The translations under genes were made by a program, and so were the position numbers. Under the pieces are notes generated by a model, which saw only the letters and a program-made list of their open reading frames with translations, was not told the DNA's origin and made no database searches. Shown one piece after another: positions 48,601 through 59,223 of a DNA stretch of 64,000 nt. Each line of letters begins with the position of its first letter. Position 1 is the first letter of the stretch. The stretch comes from a virus. Location of the stretch: IMG/VR virus record IMGVR_UViG_3300043446_003158, positions 1-64,000 of that record. The stretch is one strand, 5' to 3'.

Positions 48601-51600
48601 CCTTGATCTCCTTGAAGTCCTTGAGTGCCTTGAGTCCCCTGCAAACCTTGAGTTCCCTGAACTCCTTGAAGTCCTTGAGTACCTTGAGTACCTTGATCAC
48701 CTTGAAGTCCTTGAGTACCTTGAACTCCTTGTAAACCTTGAGTACCTTGAACACCTTGAAGTCCTTGGGTTCCTTGAACACCTTGATCACCTTGAAGTCC
48801 TTGAGTACCTTGAACTCCCTGCAATCCTTGAGTTCCTTGAGTTCCTTGTGTTCCTTGTAAACCTTGGGTTCCTTGAGTCCCTTGCCCACCTGAACCTTGA
48901 GTCCCCTGCAAACCTTGAGTTCCTTGTACTCCTTGATCTCCTTGAAGTCCTTGAGTGCCTTGAGTCCCCTGCAAACCTTGAGTTCCCTGAACTCCTTGAA
49001 GTCCTTGAGTACCTTGAGTACCTTGATCACCTTGAAGTCCTTGAGTACCTTGAACTCCCTGCAATCCTTGAGTACCTTGTGTTCCTTGTAAACCTTGGGT
49101 TCCTTGAGTCCCTTGCCCACCTGAACCTTGAATTCCTTGTAAACCTTGAGTTCCTTGTACTCCTTGATCTCCTTGAAGACCTTGAAGACCTTGAACACCC
49201 TGATTACTTAAACCTTGAAGACCTTGAACACCCTGATCACCTTGAAGCCCTTGAGTTCCCTGAACTCCTTGATTACCGGATCCTTGAACTCCCTGTAAAC
49301 CTTGATCACCTTGGAGTCCTTGTGTTCCTTGAGGTCCTTGCGATCCAACACCTTGAAGTCCTTGCAGTCCTTGGGTTCCTTGAACTCCCTGTAATCCTTG
49401 AGTACCCTGAACTCCTTGATTACTTAAACCTTGAATTCCCTGATCACCTTGCAATCCTTGGATTCCCTGATCACCCTGAAGTCCTTGTGTTCCTTGAACA
49501 CCCTGAACACCTTGATTACTTAATCCTTGAACACCTTGGATTCCTTGATCACCTTGAAGTCCTTGAGTACCTTGAACTCCTTGATTACTTAATCCCTGAA
49601 CACCTTGAATTCCTTGATCACCTTGAAGTCCTTGAGTTCCCTGAACACCTTGATTACTTAAACCTTGAATACCTTGTAGTCCTTGTGTACCTTGAAGACC
49701 TTGAATTCCCTGTCTTCCCTGCAACCCTTGAGTTCCTTGGAATCCCTGAACACCTTGTAAACCTTGAGTACCTTGATTTCCTTGAGGTCCTTGATCTCCA
49801 ACATCTCCAGTTCTAGCAAACGTGATAATAACATCATCATTATCACTAAAATAAGTACTACTACCAACAATAAAATTACAGTTTACATCCCAATATCCAG
49901 TTTGCAGTTCAGCTCCTGGTCCTCCACCTTGACCAGTTATTGAATTTATTGTAAATAAAGCAAATACAGAAGAATCAAATTTTTTAGAGATTCTAAAATG
50001 TCCCTTTATTACAGAACTAGAATCATTAATAGTTGTTAAAAATGATTGTATATCAGTTGAATTATCATCAAGATTATCAATATACATTGAATCTGATAAT
50101 TTATAATCACTATTATTAAACTTTAATCTACCAGTTCCAGGGTCAGAATTATCATAATCAGACTCAAAAGTATAATCAAAACTAGCTCCACCAAAATTAC
50201 CATCTCTACCTCTTGGTCCTTGAGTTCCTTGAAGTCCTTGTGTTGCTTGAGTTCCTTGAGTTCCTTGAGTTCCAGAACCTTGAATTCCCTGGAATCCTTG
50301 CAATCCTTGTGTCCCCTGTGTTCCTTGAATTCCTTGATTACTTAATCCTTGAACACCTTGGATTCCTTGATCACCTTGAAGTCCTTGAGTACCTTGAACT
50401 CCTTGATTACTTAATCCCTGAACACCTTGAATTCCTTGATCACCCTGAAGTCCTTGAATACCTTGAGTTCCTTGAGTACCTTGGTCACCTTGCAATCCTT
50501 GAATTCCTTGAATTCCTTGATCACCTTGCAATCCTTGAATTCCCTGAATTCCTTGATCACCTTGCAATCCTTGGATTCCTTGATTACCTTGCAATCCTTG
50601 GATTCCTTGGTCACCCTGAAGTCCTTGAGTTCCTTGTCTTCCTTGAATACCTTGATTACCCTGAGATCCTGTATTTCCTACACTTCCACGAAATCCTTGA
50701 GTACCCTGAAGTCCTTGAGAACCTTGATTACTTAATCCTTGAATACCTTGAATTCCTTGATCACCCTGGAGTCCTTGTGTTCCTTGATCACCCTGAAGTC
50801 CTTGGGTTCCTTGAGTTCCTTGAACTCCCTGTAAACCTTGAGTTCCTTGGTCACCTTGAAGTCCTTGAGTACCTTGAACTCCTTGAGTACCCTGAAGTCC
50901 TTGAGAACCTTGATTGCCAGAACCTTGAACACCTTGAGTTCCTTGATCACCTTGAAGTCCTTGAGTTCCTTGTGTTCCTTGAACACCTTGATTACCAGAT
51001 CCCTGAACACCTTGAGTGCCTTGAACTCCTTGTAAACCTTGAGTTCCTTGAACTCCCTGTAATCCTTGAGTACCTTGAACACCTTGAAGTCCTTGGGTTC
51101 CTTGAACACCTTGAAGTCCTTGCGTTCCCTGAACTCCTTGATTACCAGATCCTTGAACACCTTGAGTTCCTTGGCCACCTTGAAGTCCTTGTGTTCCTTG
51201 AACTCCCTGCAATCCTTGAGTTCCTTGATCACCTTGAAGTCCTTGAGTTCCCTGTAATCCTTGAGTACCTTGAACTCCTTGAAATCCTTGTATTCCTTGA
51301 ACACCTTGATCACCCTGAAGTCCTTGAGTACCCTGAACTCCTTGATTACTTAAACCCTGCAATCCTTGAGTGCCTTGAGGTCCTCTAACAGTTCCAACAT
51401 CATTCCAAATAGATCCATCAAAAACCCATAAATTTCCAGTATCCGAAGCAATAACACCATCACCAGTTCCTGGAGGATACCATGAATAGATAGTGTCATT
51501 ATTTGTTAATGTTGTAGATCCAACAGAAGTAGTTTTTGATGGTACTGATCCAACAATAGTAACTGAAGTTCCAGCATCACCTTTATCACCTTTTTGCCCC

Positions 51601-54600
51601 AAAACACCTTGAGTTCCCTGTAAACCTTGAGTTCCTTGAATTCCCTGATTACTTAAACCTTGGACACCTTGGATTCCTTGGTCACCTTGTAATCCTTGGA
51701 TACCTTGAGTTCCCTGTAACCCTTGAGTTCCTTGAACTCCCTGATCACCCTGAAGTCCTTGAGTACCTTGAACTCCTTGATTACTTAAACCTTGAACACC
51801 TTGAGTTCCTTGAACTCCCTGTAAACCTTGAGTTCCTTGGTCACCTTGAAGTCCTTGAATTCCTTGAGTACCTTGATTACCAGATCCTTGAACACCTTGA
51901 GTTCCTTGAACTCCCTGTAAACCTTGAGTTCCTTGAGTACCTTGATTACCAGATCCTTGAACACCTTGAGTTCCTTGGTCACCTTGAAGTCCTTGTGTCC
52001 CTTGAGTTCCCTGTCCACCAGAACCTTGAATTCCCTGTAAACCTTGAGTTCCTTGAACCCCCTGATCACCTTGCAATCCTTGAATTCCCTGAGTTCCCTG
52101 TCCACCAAAACCTTGAATTCCCTGTAAACCTTGAGTTCCTTGAACTCCTTGCAAACCTTGAGTACCTTGGGTTCCTTGGTCACCCTGAAGTCCTTGAGTA
52201 CCTTGAACTCCTTGATCACCTTGAAGTCCTTGAATTCCCTGATCACCCTGAAGTCCTTGTGTTCCTTGAGTTCCTTGAACACCTTGAAGTCCTTGAGTAC
52301 CTTGAACTCCTTGATCACCTTGAAGTCCTTGAGTACCTTGAACTCCTTGATCACCTTGAAGTCCTTGTGTTCCTTGATCACCTTGAAGTCCTTGAGTACC
52401 TTGAACTCCTTGATCACCTTGAAGTCCTTGAACTCCCTGTAAACCTTGTGTTCCCTGAACTCCCTGTAAACCTTGAGTACCTTGAACTCCTTGATCACCT
52501 TGAAGTCCTTGTGTTCCCTGAGTGCCTTGAGCACCAGAAGTTCCAGTGGCAGAAAATGTTATTGATTTTGGAGCAGAAGCTTTAGTTGTAATTGCAATTC
52601 CAGGACCAGCAATAAACTCAACAGTATCTTCACCAACAGCTTCTAATGTATCTTGACCAGCAACGTTCCAAGTTTTAAAGCTACTACCCAACTCAACAAA
52701 TACTTCACCACCACCAAGACTTGTAACCGCAAATCCAGTAGTTTTGTCAAATCTTATAGCACTTACATTAGATACAACATCACTATTGTTACTACCAGAA
52801 TATCCATTTCTAGTGCTAACAGTTAAAGCTGGTGCAGATGTTCCTTGAATACCCTGAAATCCTTGCAATCCAACACCTTGAACTCCCTGCAATCCTTGAG
52901 TTCCCTGTACTCCTTGATCCCCCTGAAGTCCTTGAGTACCTTGAACTCCCTGCAATCCTTGAGTTCCTTGAATTCCCTGATCACCCTGAAGTCCTTGTGT
53001 TCCTTGAGTTCCTTGAGTTCCTTGAACACCTTGAAGTCCTTGAGTACCTTGAACTCCTTGATCACCTTGAAGTCCTTGTGTTCCTTGATCACCTTGAAGT
53101 CCTTGTGTTCCTTGAACTCCCTGCAATCCTTGAGTTCCTTGAACTCCTTGGTCACCTTGAAGTCCTTGAGTACCTTGAACTCCTTGAAGTCCTTGTGTTC
53201 CTTGTAAACCTTGAAGTCCTTGTGTTCCTTGAACACCTTGATTACTTAAACCTTGAATTCCCTGAACTCCTTGATCACCCTGGAGTCCTTGAGTTCCTTG
53301 AACTCCCTGCAATCCTTGAGTTCCTTGTGTTCCTTGTAAACCTTGGGTTCCTTGAGTTCCTTGAACTCCTTGATTTCCTTGGAGTCCTTGAGTACCTTGA
53401 ACACCTTGATTACCCTGAAGTCCTTGAGTACCTTGTAATCCTTGGGTTCCTTGTAATCCTTGTGTTCCTTGAACTCCTTGATCACCCTGAAGTCCTTGAG
53501 TACCTTGAGTTCCTTGAATTCCTTGTAATCCCTGAGTTCCTTGAACTCCTTGATTTCCTTGGAGTCCTTGAGTACCTTGAACTCCTTGATCCCCCTGAAG
53601 TCCTTGAATACCTTGAACTCCTTGATTACTTAAACCTTGTAATCCTTGAGTACCTTGCGGACCTCTAATATTTCCAACATCATTCCAAACTGGTGTTGTT
53701 GAATCATATACCCACAAATTTCCAGTATCTGAAGCAATAACACCATCACCAGTTGAAGCAGGATACCAAGAATAAACAGTATCATTATTAGTTAAAGTAG
53801 ATGATCCAATAGAAGTAGTTTTTGAAGGTACTGATCCAATAATTTTAACGGATGTTCCTGTGTCACCTTTATCACCTTTTTGCCCTAAAATTCCTTGTAT
53901 TCCTTGAAGTCCTTGAACTCCTTGATTACTTAAACCTTGAACACCTTGAATTCCTTGATTACCCTGAAGTCCTTGTGTTCCTTGAGTTCCTTGAACACCT
54001 TGAAGTCCTTGAGTACCTTGAACACCTTGAATTCCTTGATCACCCTGAAGTCCTTGAGTACCTTGAGTTCCTTGATTACCCTGTGTTCCTTGAACTCCTT
54101 GATCACCCTGAAGTCCTTGAGTTCCTTGTGTTCCTTGAGTACTTTGAGTTCCTTGTAAACCTTGAATCCCTTGAATACCTTGTTCACCTTGAAGACCTTG
54201 GATTCCTTGATTACCCTGAAGTCCTTGAGTTCCTTGATTACCCTGAAGTCCTTGAGTTCCTTGATTACCCTGAAGTCCTTGAGTTCCCTGAACTCCTTGA
54301 TTACCGGATCCTTGAACTCCCTGTAAACCTTGAGTACCTTGAGTACCTTGAGTTCCCTGTATTCCTTGATCACCTTGAAGTCCTTGTGTTCCTTGAACAC
54401 CTTGATTACTTAAACCTTGAATTCCCTGAACTCCTTGATCACCCTGGAGTCCTTGAGTTCCTTGAACTCCCTGCAATCCTTGAGTTCCTTGTGTTCCTTG
54501 TAAACCTTGGGTTCCTTGAGTTCCTTGCCCACCACTAAATCCTTGAACACCTTGAACACCTTGCTCACCTTGGAGTCCTTGTGTTCCTTGATTTCCTTGA

Positions 54601-54950
54601 GTTCCTTGAGTTCCTTGAGTTCCTTGCCCACCACTAAATCCTTGAACACCTTGCTCACCTTGGAGTCCTTGTGTTCCTTGAACGCCTTGACCTGCAAATT
54701 CACCAGATAATCCTTGAATACCTTGTTCACCTTGAAGACCTTGGATTCCTTGGTCACCTTTACCAACAAATCCTCCAGATAAACCTTGAGTTCCCTGTTC
54801 ACCAATAGATCCATCAGATCCTTTTTGTCCCTGCAATCCTTGAGTGCCTTGAGCACCAGAACTACTGGCAACTATTTTTACAGCATTTTCTTGGCCGACC
54901 CTAACGGTTGGTTGATTTCCAGAATTTACACGAACCCGTATGTCTGCCAT
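45657..54950 (-). CDS. Collagen-like tail fibre (3097 aa) with C-terminal intramolecular chaperone (peptidase S74-like)
   Basis: Long (G-X-Q)n tracts separated by globular domains; C-terminus [39 protein letters not shown]. Confidence 0.85.
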   Translation of the reverse strand: MADIRVRVNSGNQPTVRVGQENAVKIVASSSGAQGTQGLQGQKGSDGSIGEQGTQGLSGGFVGKGDQGIQGLQGEQGIQGLSGEFAGQGVQGTQGLQGEQGVQGFSGGQGTQGTQGTQGNQGTQGLQGEQGVQGVQGFSGGQGTQGTQGLQGTQGTQGLQGVQGTQGLQGDQGVQGIQGLSNQGVQGTQGLQGDQGIQGTQGTQGTQGLQGVQGSGNQGVQGTQGLQGNQGTQGLQGNQGTQGLQGNQGIQGLQGEQGIQGIQGLQGTQSTQGTQGTQGLQGDQGVQGTQGNQGTQGTQGLQGDQGIQGVQGTQGLQGVQGTQGTQGLQGNQGIQGVQGLSNQGVQGLQGIQGILGQKGDKGDTGTSVKIIGSVPSKTTSIGSSTLTNNDTVYSWYPASTGDGVIASDTGNLWVYDSTTPVWNDVGNIRGPQGTQGLQGLSNQGVQGIQGLQGDQGVQGTQGLQGNQGVQGTQGLQGIQGTQGTQGLQGDQGVQGTQGLQGTQGLQGTQGLQGNQGVQGTQGLQGNQGVQGTQGTQGLQGTQGTQGLQGVQGTQGLQGDQGVQGIQGLSNQGVQGTQGLQGLQGTQGLQGVQGTQGLQGDQGVQGTQGLQGVQGTQGLQGDQGTQGLQGDQGVQGTQGLQGVQGTQGTQGTQGLQGDQGIQGTQGLQGVQGTQGLQGDQGVQGTQGLQGVQGVGLQGFQGIQGTSAPALTVSTRNGYSGSNNSDVVSNVSAIRFDKTTGFAVTSLGGGEVFVELGSSFKTWNVAGQDTLEAVGEDTVEFIAGPGIAITTKASAPKSITFSATGTSGAQGTQGTQGLQGDQGVQGTQGLQGVQGTQGLQGVQGLQGDQGVQGTQGLQGDQGTQGLQGDQGVQGTQGLQGDQGVQGTQGLQGVQGTQGTQGLQGDQGIQGLQGDQGVQGTQGLQGDQGTQGTQGLQGVQGTQGLQGIQGFGGQGTQGIQGLQGDQGVQGTQGLQGIQGSGGQGTQGTQGLQGDQGTQGVQGSGNQGTQGTQGLQGVQGTQGVQGSGNQGTQGIQGLQGDQGTQGLQGVQGTQGVQGLSNQGVQGTQGLQGDQGVQGTQGLQGTQGIQGLQGDQGIQGVQGLSNQGIQGTQGLQGTQGVLGQKGDKGDAGTSVTIVGSVPSKTTSVGSTTLTNNDTIYSWYPPGTGDGVIASDTGNLWVFDGSIWNDVGTVRGPQGTQGLQGLSNQGVQGTQGLQGDQGVQGIQGFQGVQGTQGLQGTQGLQGDQGTQGLQGVQGTQGLQGGQGTQGVQGSGNQGVQGTQGLQGVQGTQGLQGVQGTQGLQGVQGTQGLQGVQGTQGVQGSGNQGVQGTQGTQGLQGDQGTQGVQGSGNQGSQGLQGTQGVQGTQGLQGDQGTQGLQGVQGTQGTQGLQGDQGTQGLQGDQGIQGIQGLSNQGSQGLQGTQGFRGSVGNTGSQGNQGIQGRQGTQGLQGDQGIQGLQGNQGIQGLQGDQGIQGIQGLQGDQGIQGIQGLQGDQGTQGTQGIQGLQGDQGIQGVQGLSNQGVQGTQGLQGDQGIQGVQGLSNQGIQGTQGTQGLQGFQGIQGSGTQGTQGTQATQGLQGTQGPRGRDGNFGGASFDYTFESDYDNSDPGTGRLKFNNSDYKLSDSMYIDNLDDNSTDIQSFLTTINDSSSVIKGHFRISKKFDSSVFALFTINSITGQGGGPGAELQTGYWDVNCNFIVGSSTYFSDNDDVIITFARTGDVGDQGPQGNQGTQGLQGVQGFQGTQGLQGRQGIQGLQGTQGLQGIQGLSNQGVQGTQGLQGDQGIQGVQGLSNQGVQGTQGLQGDQGIQGVQGLSNQGVQGVQGTQGLQGDQGIQGLQGDQGIQGLSNQGVQGTQGLQGVQGTQGLQGLQGVGSQGPQGTQGLQGDQGLQGVQGSGNQGVQGTQGLQGDQGVQGLQGLSNQGVQGLQGLQGDQGVQGTQGLQGIQGSGGQGTQGTQGLQGTQGTQGLQGVQGTQGLQGDQGTQGTQGLQGVQGTQGLQGTQGTQGLQGDQGVQGTQGLQGTQGSGGQGTQGTQGLQGTQGTQGTQGLQGVQGTQGLQGDQGVQGTQGLQGVQGTQGLQGVQGTQGLQGDQGTQGTQGLQGVQGTQGLQGTQGTQGLQGDQGVQGTQGLQGTQGAQGLQGVQGVQGTQGLQGVQGTQGLQGVQGTQGLQGTQGAQGLQGVQGVQGIQGLQGVQGTQGLQGTQGTQGLQGVQGTQGLQGVQGVQGTQGLQGVQGTQGLQGVQGQTGPVAGSANQIVYKDGSNNPTGSGNLTFDGSNLYVGGNITIGGTSSYIVSNELRIKDKDIVVGVITDAFGNDVSTDTTANTGGIAIASTEGSPLVNFNSGGEITPDTYKQLMWFKSGTFTGLNTDAWAFNYALGIGTLTIPNGVRLAAGGMQVSDTSLNFNGGEIKAGRVDTGSEGGQLSFGRATDNATSWYIDVYGNTSTPSLRFVDASSAAVRAQIDGTGNFLFEGPIELNSTLKDIYNNVGAAGSVLISTGAGVSWTTPYAAGLQGLQGLRGQDGVIGVDGFQGTQGLQGVQGTQGLQGVQGTQGLQGLQGVQGTQGLQGTQGTQGLQGVQGTQGLQGVQGTQGTQGLQGVQGTQGLQGLQGLQGDQGTQGTQGLQGVQGTQGLQGTQGTQGLQGDQGVQGTQGLQGVQGTQGLQGVQGVQGTQGLQGTQGTQGTQGTQGLQGVQGIQGLQGDQGVQGTQGLQGVQGTQGLQGVQGTQGTQGLQGVQGTQGLQGVQGTQGTQGLQGVQGTQGLQGVQGTQGLQGDQGVQGTQGLQGVQGTQGLQGVQGVQGTQGLQGVQGTQGLQGVQGLQGVQGTQGLQGDQGVQGTQGLQGDQGIQGLQGVQGTQGLQGDQGVQGTQGLQGIQGTQGLQGVQGTQGLQGLQGTIGPVAGSDKQIIFNDNNSAGASANLTFDKTTQVMQVGSAITFYGSLGIVSATSYYGDGSKLSNINASGSVTIYDDTTTNSNWYVGILSVTAGAAQTAYVSSTKLTFNPSTGNLVAGGTLTANSDEILKINVKTIENALDKVLMLRGVEFDRTDSGDHQIGLIAQEIEKIVPDVVYPKKKTENYEVKSVAYSNLVALLIEAIKELNLKIDSK
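46289..54854. repeat. Coding 9-bp-period repeat blocks (Gly-X-Gln collagen triplets), six blocks, approximate limits
   Basis: Plus strand (g/a)ttccttga / gtccttga / caccttga iterations. Confidence 0.9.
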
Positions 54951-54996
54951 TAGATGATTTCTCTCGCTGATAAATCAAAAAATTCTCTGTTATGTA

Positions 54997-55004
54997 TATT
55001 TATT
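54997..55004 (-). promoter_or_regulatory. T4-like late promoter (AATAAATA) for the fibre operon
   Basis: NATAAATA about 47 nt upstream of the collagen-fibre ATG. Confidence 0.6.
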
Positions 55005-55375
55005 TAAGTACAATTATTCCTCCTCAATCTATATGGATACAATTCTTTTACTTGTTTTTTAGTAATCCAATCACTTATTTTATTATATTTGTTCTCCGAA
55101 AAAAACTCTTTTTTAAAAAACCATTCATCCCATTTTTTATGTCCTTTATCATGATTACAAGTTTTACAACAACAAACAATATTAGTTGAAACGTCAAGTC
55201 CACCAAACGATTGAGGAATTACATGATCTAATGTAATATCAGTTTTAGATCCACAATAAGCACACTCATAATTCCATTTTTCTTTTATTGCTTCTTTCCA
55301 AATTTTTTTTGCTTTATTTGATGAAGTAGTTTCAAGATTGTACAAATAACATTCGGAAGAATGAAACAATTCCAT
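55004..55375 (-). CDS. HNH endonuclease
   Basis: CAYCG..LDHVIP..GG..NIVCCCKTCNHDKG. Confidence 0.88.
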   Translation of the reverse strand: MELFHSSECYLYNLETTSSNKAKKIWKEAIKEKWNYECAYCGSKTDITLDHVIPQSFGGLDVSTNIVCCCKTCNHDKGHKKWDEWFFKKEFFSENKYNKISDWITKKQVKELYPYRLRRNNCT

Positions 55376-55396
55376 AAAGAAAATATAACTTATACT

Positions 55397-55404
55397 TATT
55401 TATT
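55397..55404 (-). promoter_or_regulatory. T4-like late promoter (AATAAATA) for the HNH gene
   Basis: NATAAATA 22 nt upstream of the ATG. Confidence 0.55.
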
Positions 55405-55523
55405 TAATCTTTAATAGTATTTTTGCAGTTTCTTTTAGAGTTATAAAAATATAATGAAACTCTTCATAATAAGTAATGTCAGAATCTCTTTCTAAAAAAA
55501 ATTTAAAATTTTGAATATATTTT

Positions 55524-56489
55524 TTATAATAATGCATCTTTAACTTTATTTGCAATTTGATTCATTAAATTGTTCCACCAATTTAAATTTTTTTCTTGCA
55601 TTTCTTGCAATTTTTCAGGATATTTTAATAGGTTATTACATTTAACTACAGCATCTTCCCAAGAACTTGCATATAACCAAGGAGGATGTTCTAAAAAGTT
55701 AAATACGATTGATATTTCATTTGGAAATCTTTCAACAACAACAGGTATTGCTCCACAAATAGTACATTCATAATTCCTAAAACAATTTAATGATGTATTA
55801 CCTCTCCCACACGGAACAAATATAGAATTATTATAGAGATCAACCAACTGTTTTTTACTTACTCCACTTTCTTTAAAAATATAATTGTCAACATTAGATG
55901 AAAATATATCAATCATCTTCCCCCTATCAGTTGTTGGAAGCCATTTTTCATACGTAAAATCATAATAATAAAATTGATAGTCTTTTATAGCACCAACAAA
56001 AGACCAATTTAACTTTCTATTACACATAGGTATTATATCATTTTTGTTAATATGAGTATCATTTAAATATCCAAGAGGCATGTGAATTAAATTTTCAAAT
56101 TTTGGGATACCTGTTCCAAATTGAACATTTCTAAATTCACTATGATTATGCTGCCTTAACATTAAATTGCAGTGCAAAGAAAGACTATTATGTATCTCCA
56201 AATTTTCGTGAGAATATTCGTCAGACAATTGAATTATAACCTTAGGTTTTATTTTTAAAACACATTCCAAGGTTTCTTCATATGTTGGCATATATCCCCA
56301 TTCATATTTTTTAGGATCTCTACAACTATAAACAAAAACATCAAATTGTTTTTCCGAATTTCTAACTTGTTCTAAATCTAAAAAATATATACTTTTTTCA
56401 ATTTCTTTTGGTAAAATACTATTCATAATGAAATCATATTCCCACACTTCTTCCCTACAATTTCTGGAAAAAAATAATACGTTAATCAT
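55524..56489 (-). CDS. Exostosin/GT47-like glycosyltransferase
   Basis: LSDE, WSFVG, SIFVPCGRG..CFRNYECTICGAIPVV. Confidence 0.65.
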   Translation of the reverse strand: MINVLFFSRNCREEVWEYDFIMNSILPKEIEKSIYFLDLEQVRNSEKQFDVFVYSCRDPKKYEWGYMPTYEETLECVLKIKPKVIIQLSDEYSHENLEIHNSLSLHCNLMLRQHNHSEFRNVQFGTGIPKFENLIHMPLGYLNDTHINKNDIIPMCNRKLNWSFVGAIKDYQFYYYDFTYEKWLPTTDRGKMIDIFSSNVDNYIFKESGVSKKQLVDLYNNSIFVPCGRGNTSLNCFRNYECTICGAIPVVVERFPNEISIVFNFLEHPPWLYASSWEDAVVKCNNLLKYPEKLQEMQEKNLNWWNNLMNQIANKVKDALL

Positions 56490-57612
56490 ATTCTACACCA
56501 TCAATCCAGTTTTTAATGCTAGCAGATCCCCATTGACTAAAACCTTTACTTTTTGTTATACAATCAAAAAACGTATTATTTTTCGCATAATCTAACGCAA
56601 ATTTAAATTGACAATCAGGTTCAAATTTTAATGATTTTGCATATTTCCAAAATGTCGTATCATATTTTGACCCATATTGGTAATGCCATAGTATAAAATT
56701 TTGAATTTTATACATTTCATTTCTAATTTCTGTGTTGCATTGTTCTTTACTTTTATTATTAAAAATATAATCTAAACAAATTCTAACAACAGACAAATAA
56801 TAAGTCATGGAAGATGCTTCTAATGGTTCCAAAAAACACAATCTATTCCCATTCAAAATTGTTTTTTCACCACAAAAACAATTTTTAGCAATATAATTTT
56901 CAAATTTAAAATCAAAATCTAAATCAACATTAAACATATTAAAAAAATTATTTGATGCTTCTTCAAAATTAGTTATATTATCATTAAACAGATATCCATA
57001 AGATACACTGTCTTGATTTGGAATAACAAAAGTCCACCCATCAGGAGTTGCTACAGTTCTAGTATAATTTAATTTTAAATCTGGTTTTAACTTTTTACCA
57101 ACAATCACGTGATTGAGTGGATTAATTAATTTATCATATAATTCTGGATTTCTATTATTTTTACCCCTACAATCAAAAATATAATCTGCATCAATTTCTT
57201 TTTCCGGATCAACTATATTTTTTTCAACTACATTAAACAATCCACATTCTAAAATTACTTTAGATAATAAATGAGGAACAAAATGAATTCCAGTAGTATC
57301 TAAAGGAAATGGATGAAATATTTTTTCTTTTTTATTTCCCCAATTCTCATAAAGAATTCCACTTTTATATGTTGCCTTTATCAAATTATCATTTTCATGC
57401 CAATTAATTCCAAGAACTGTAAAAATATAATCTGGAAAATCTAAGGTAGTTCCTTGTCCAACTTTTTCTATAGGTATAGAAGGATCATAATATATTGTTA
57501 TACTATCAATTAAATCGGAAGCATGTCGATAAAGACAAAGTGCTGTTGCGGAAGCAGCATTACCAGCACCAACAATTGCAATTTTCTTTTTTCTATCTAT
57601 ATTTTTTAGCAC
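56482..57612 (-). CDS. Flavin-dependent halogenase-like protein (PrnA family)
   Basis: IVGAGNAA, VGQGT, ATYKSGILYENW (catalytic-Lys region), GWTFVIP, FLEPLEAS; likely GTG start at 57612 with SD AAGGAG. Confidence 0.75.
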   Translation of the reverse strand: MLKNIDRKKKIAIVGAGNAASATALCLYRHASDLIDSITIYYDPSIPIEKVGQGTTLDFPDYIFTVLGINWHENDNLIKATYKSGILYENWGNKKEKIFHPFPLDTTGIHFVPHLLSKVILECGLFNVVEKNIVDPEKEIDADYIFDCRGKNNRNPELYDKLINPLNHVIVGKKLKPDLKLNYTRTVATPDGWTFVIPNQDSVSYGYLFNDNITNFEEASNNFFNMFNVDLDFDFKFENYIAKNCFCGEKTILNGNRLCFLEPLEASSMTYYLSVVRICLDYIFNNKSKEQCNTEIRNEMYKIQNFILWHYQYGSKYDTTFWKYAKSLKFEPDCQFKFALDYAKNNTFFDCITKSKGFSQWGSASIKNWIDGVEYD

Positions 57613-57778
57613 AAGCACTCCTTGCCCAAGCACGACTTAAACTATTTACATAAGAACAAGATCTTTGTTTTTTTCCACAATAAGGACATACTGCATCTGG
57701 AGGATCTGCATTATATCCTTCTGGCGTATACATTCTATTTTTTTGATTTTGTTCTCGTTTACGTTTACGATGGTTCAT
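57593..57778 (-). CDS. Small hypothetical protein with CPYC motif
   Basis: DPPDAVCPYCG..CSYVNSL..C; ATGA overlap. Confidence 0.55.
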   Translation of the reverse strand: MNHRKRKREQNQKNRMYTPEGYNADPPDAVCPYCGKKQRSCSYVNSLSRAWARSACAKKYR

Positions 57779-58083
57779 ACAACAACTGGTTTCCCTTGAC
57801 CCTCTGGAAGTTTTAATTTCCTAGGTTCAAGTAAGTTATCAATATACTCATCAAATTTTTCCGAAGGCACCGTGTGAACAGCAACAATTTCGGTTGTTGG
57901 AAGTGCCTTTGGAATTTCAATGTCCACAACAGGACCCATTAAGAACTTATTACGAGTATAAATTCTATTCTCTGGATCCATAGAAACCATTGCAAGAGCA
58001 TCTTGTTCGTCACCACAATCTAAAAGTTTTTTTCCAGTTTTTTTATTTAATACTGAAAAATATTCTTCATTGTATCTTTTCAT
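57775..58083 (-). CDS. Conserved cyanophage hypothetical protein
   Basis: Start MKRYNEEYFSV at 58083; DCGDEQDA, YTRNKFLMG. Confidence 0.6.
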   Translation of the reverse strand: MKRYNEEYFSVLNKKTGKKLLDCGDEQDALAMVSMDPENRIYTRNKFLMGPVVDIEIPKALPTTEIVAVHTVPSEKFDEYIDNLLEPRKLKLPEGQGKPVVV

Positions 58084-58192
58084 TTTTAGAAGTCTTTTGA
58101 TTATTATAGGACACATGAGGTTTCCTGTAAAGACCAGGCCAAGTGTCTCTAATAATTTCCGCAAGTTTATATGGAGTTTCTGAAGTAATCAT
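58067..58192 (-). CDS. Small hypothetical protein (41 aa)
   Basis: My translation MITSETPYKLAEIIRDTWPGLYRKP...; ATGA overlap with the gnd stop. Confidence 0.55.
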   Translation of the reverse strand: MITSETPYKLAEIIRDTWPGLYRKPHVSYNNQKTSKNEKIQ

Positions 58193-59214
58193 CGGACGTG
58201 ATGTCCTCCAAACATAAATCTCATACCATTTAAAATCTTGGCAGCGAAAGTGCCCAGATTGCGTGAATTAAATCTTTCATAAAGAGCAGTGGTGATGACA
58301 GGAGCGGGAACCCCCAAATCCACAGCAGCATTAACCGTCCACCTACCTTCACCACTGTCGGATACTCCTCCAGAGAAGTTAGAAAGATGTGGGCTGCGGC
58401 GCAACACATCAGCAGTAAGGTCAAGTAACCAGCTACCAACAACGCTACCACGACGCCATAACTCAGCAACCTCAGCAACGTCAATATCATAGCAGTAACT
58501 TTCTGGATCTGCCATAGGGGCAACCTCTGCGTCTCCTTCTCTGACATACTTGGCACCTGCATTAGCGTTCTTGATGATATTGAATCCTTCAGCATATGCT
58601 TGCATAATACCATACTCAATGCCATTATGCACCATCTTTACAAAGTGACCAGCACCAGGACCACCACAATGTAACCAACCGTGTTCTGCTGATGTTATGT
58701 CCGAGTCAAAGTTAGTTCTGGGGGCAGATGCGATGCCTGGTGCGAGGGCATCAAAAATTCTTGCACAAGTGGCGACCGCAGTATTTCCGCCACCAACCAT
58801 AAGACAGTATCCACGATCCAAACCGTAAACGCCACCGCTAGTGCCACAATCAATATATTGGATACCAAGTTTTGCCAAGCGTTCTGCTCTTTTCCGACTG
58901 TCTTTAAAATTGCTATTGCCATGATCAATAATAATATCTCCTTCACCACAATATCGTAGTAACTCATTGATCGTCTCCTCTACTGTTTCGGCAGGAACCA
59001 CCATTTGGAAAATTCCTGGTTGCGTTCCACAACTTTTAACTACTTGAACAAGGCTTTGTATAGAAGTTGTAACACCATTAACATATCCGTTTTCGTATGC
59101 TTCTTGTGCTTTTTCATAATTTCTTCTATAACCCCAAACTTCTATGCCTGCTTTCATCATACGACGGGACATTCCTTCTCCCATTCGTCCGAGTCCAATT
59201 AGTCCTACTTTCAT
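58189..59214 (-). CDS. gnd: 6-phosphogluconate dehydrogenase (short type)
   Basis: IGLGRMG, IDHGNS, DCGTSGG, GHFVKMVHNGIEYG. Confidence 0.95.
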   Translation of the reverse strand: MKVGLIGLGRMGEGMSRRMMKAGIEVWGYRRNYEKAQEAYENGYVNGVTTSIQSLVQVVKSCGTQPGIFQMVVPAETVEETINELLRYCGEGDIIIDHGNSNFKDSRKRAERLAKLGIQYIDCGTSGGVYGLDRGYCLMVGGGNTAVATCARIFDALAPGIASAPRTNFDSDITSAEHGWLHCGGPGAGHFVKMVHNGIEYGIMQAYAEGFNIIKNANAGAKYVREGDAEVAPMADPESYCYDIDVAEVAELWRRGSVVGSWLLDLTADVLRRSPHLSNFSGGVSDSGEGRWTVNAAVDLGVPAPVITTALYERFNSRNLGTFAAKILNGMRFMFGGHHVR

Positions 59215-59223
59215 CTCTTTCTC

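Noticed and set aside
30600-54854. CRISPR array or non-coding tandem repeats
   Set aside because: The repeats are in-frame coding units of fibre genes, with no constant-repeat/unique-spacer pattern and no cas genes.
46263-54871. Many long alternate-frame and antisense ORFs (LEVLEFL..., KEFKVLKD..., SLSTLNSL...)
   Set aside because: Artefacts of the 9-bp-period collagen repeat, which lacks stops in other frames.
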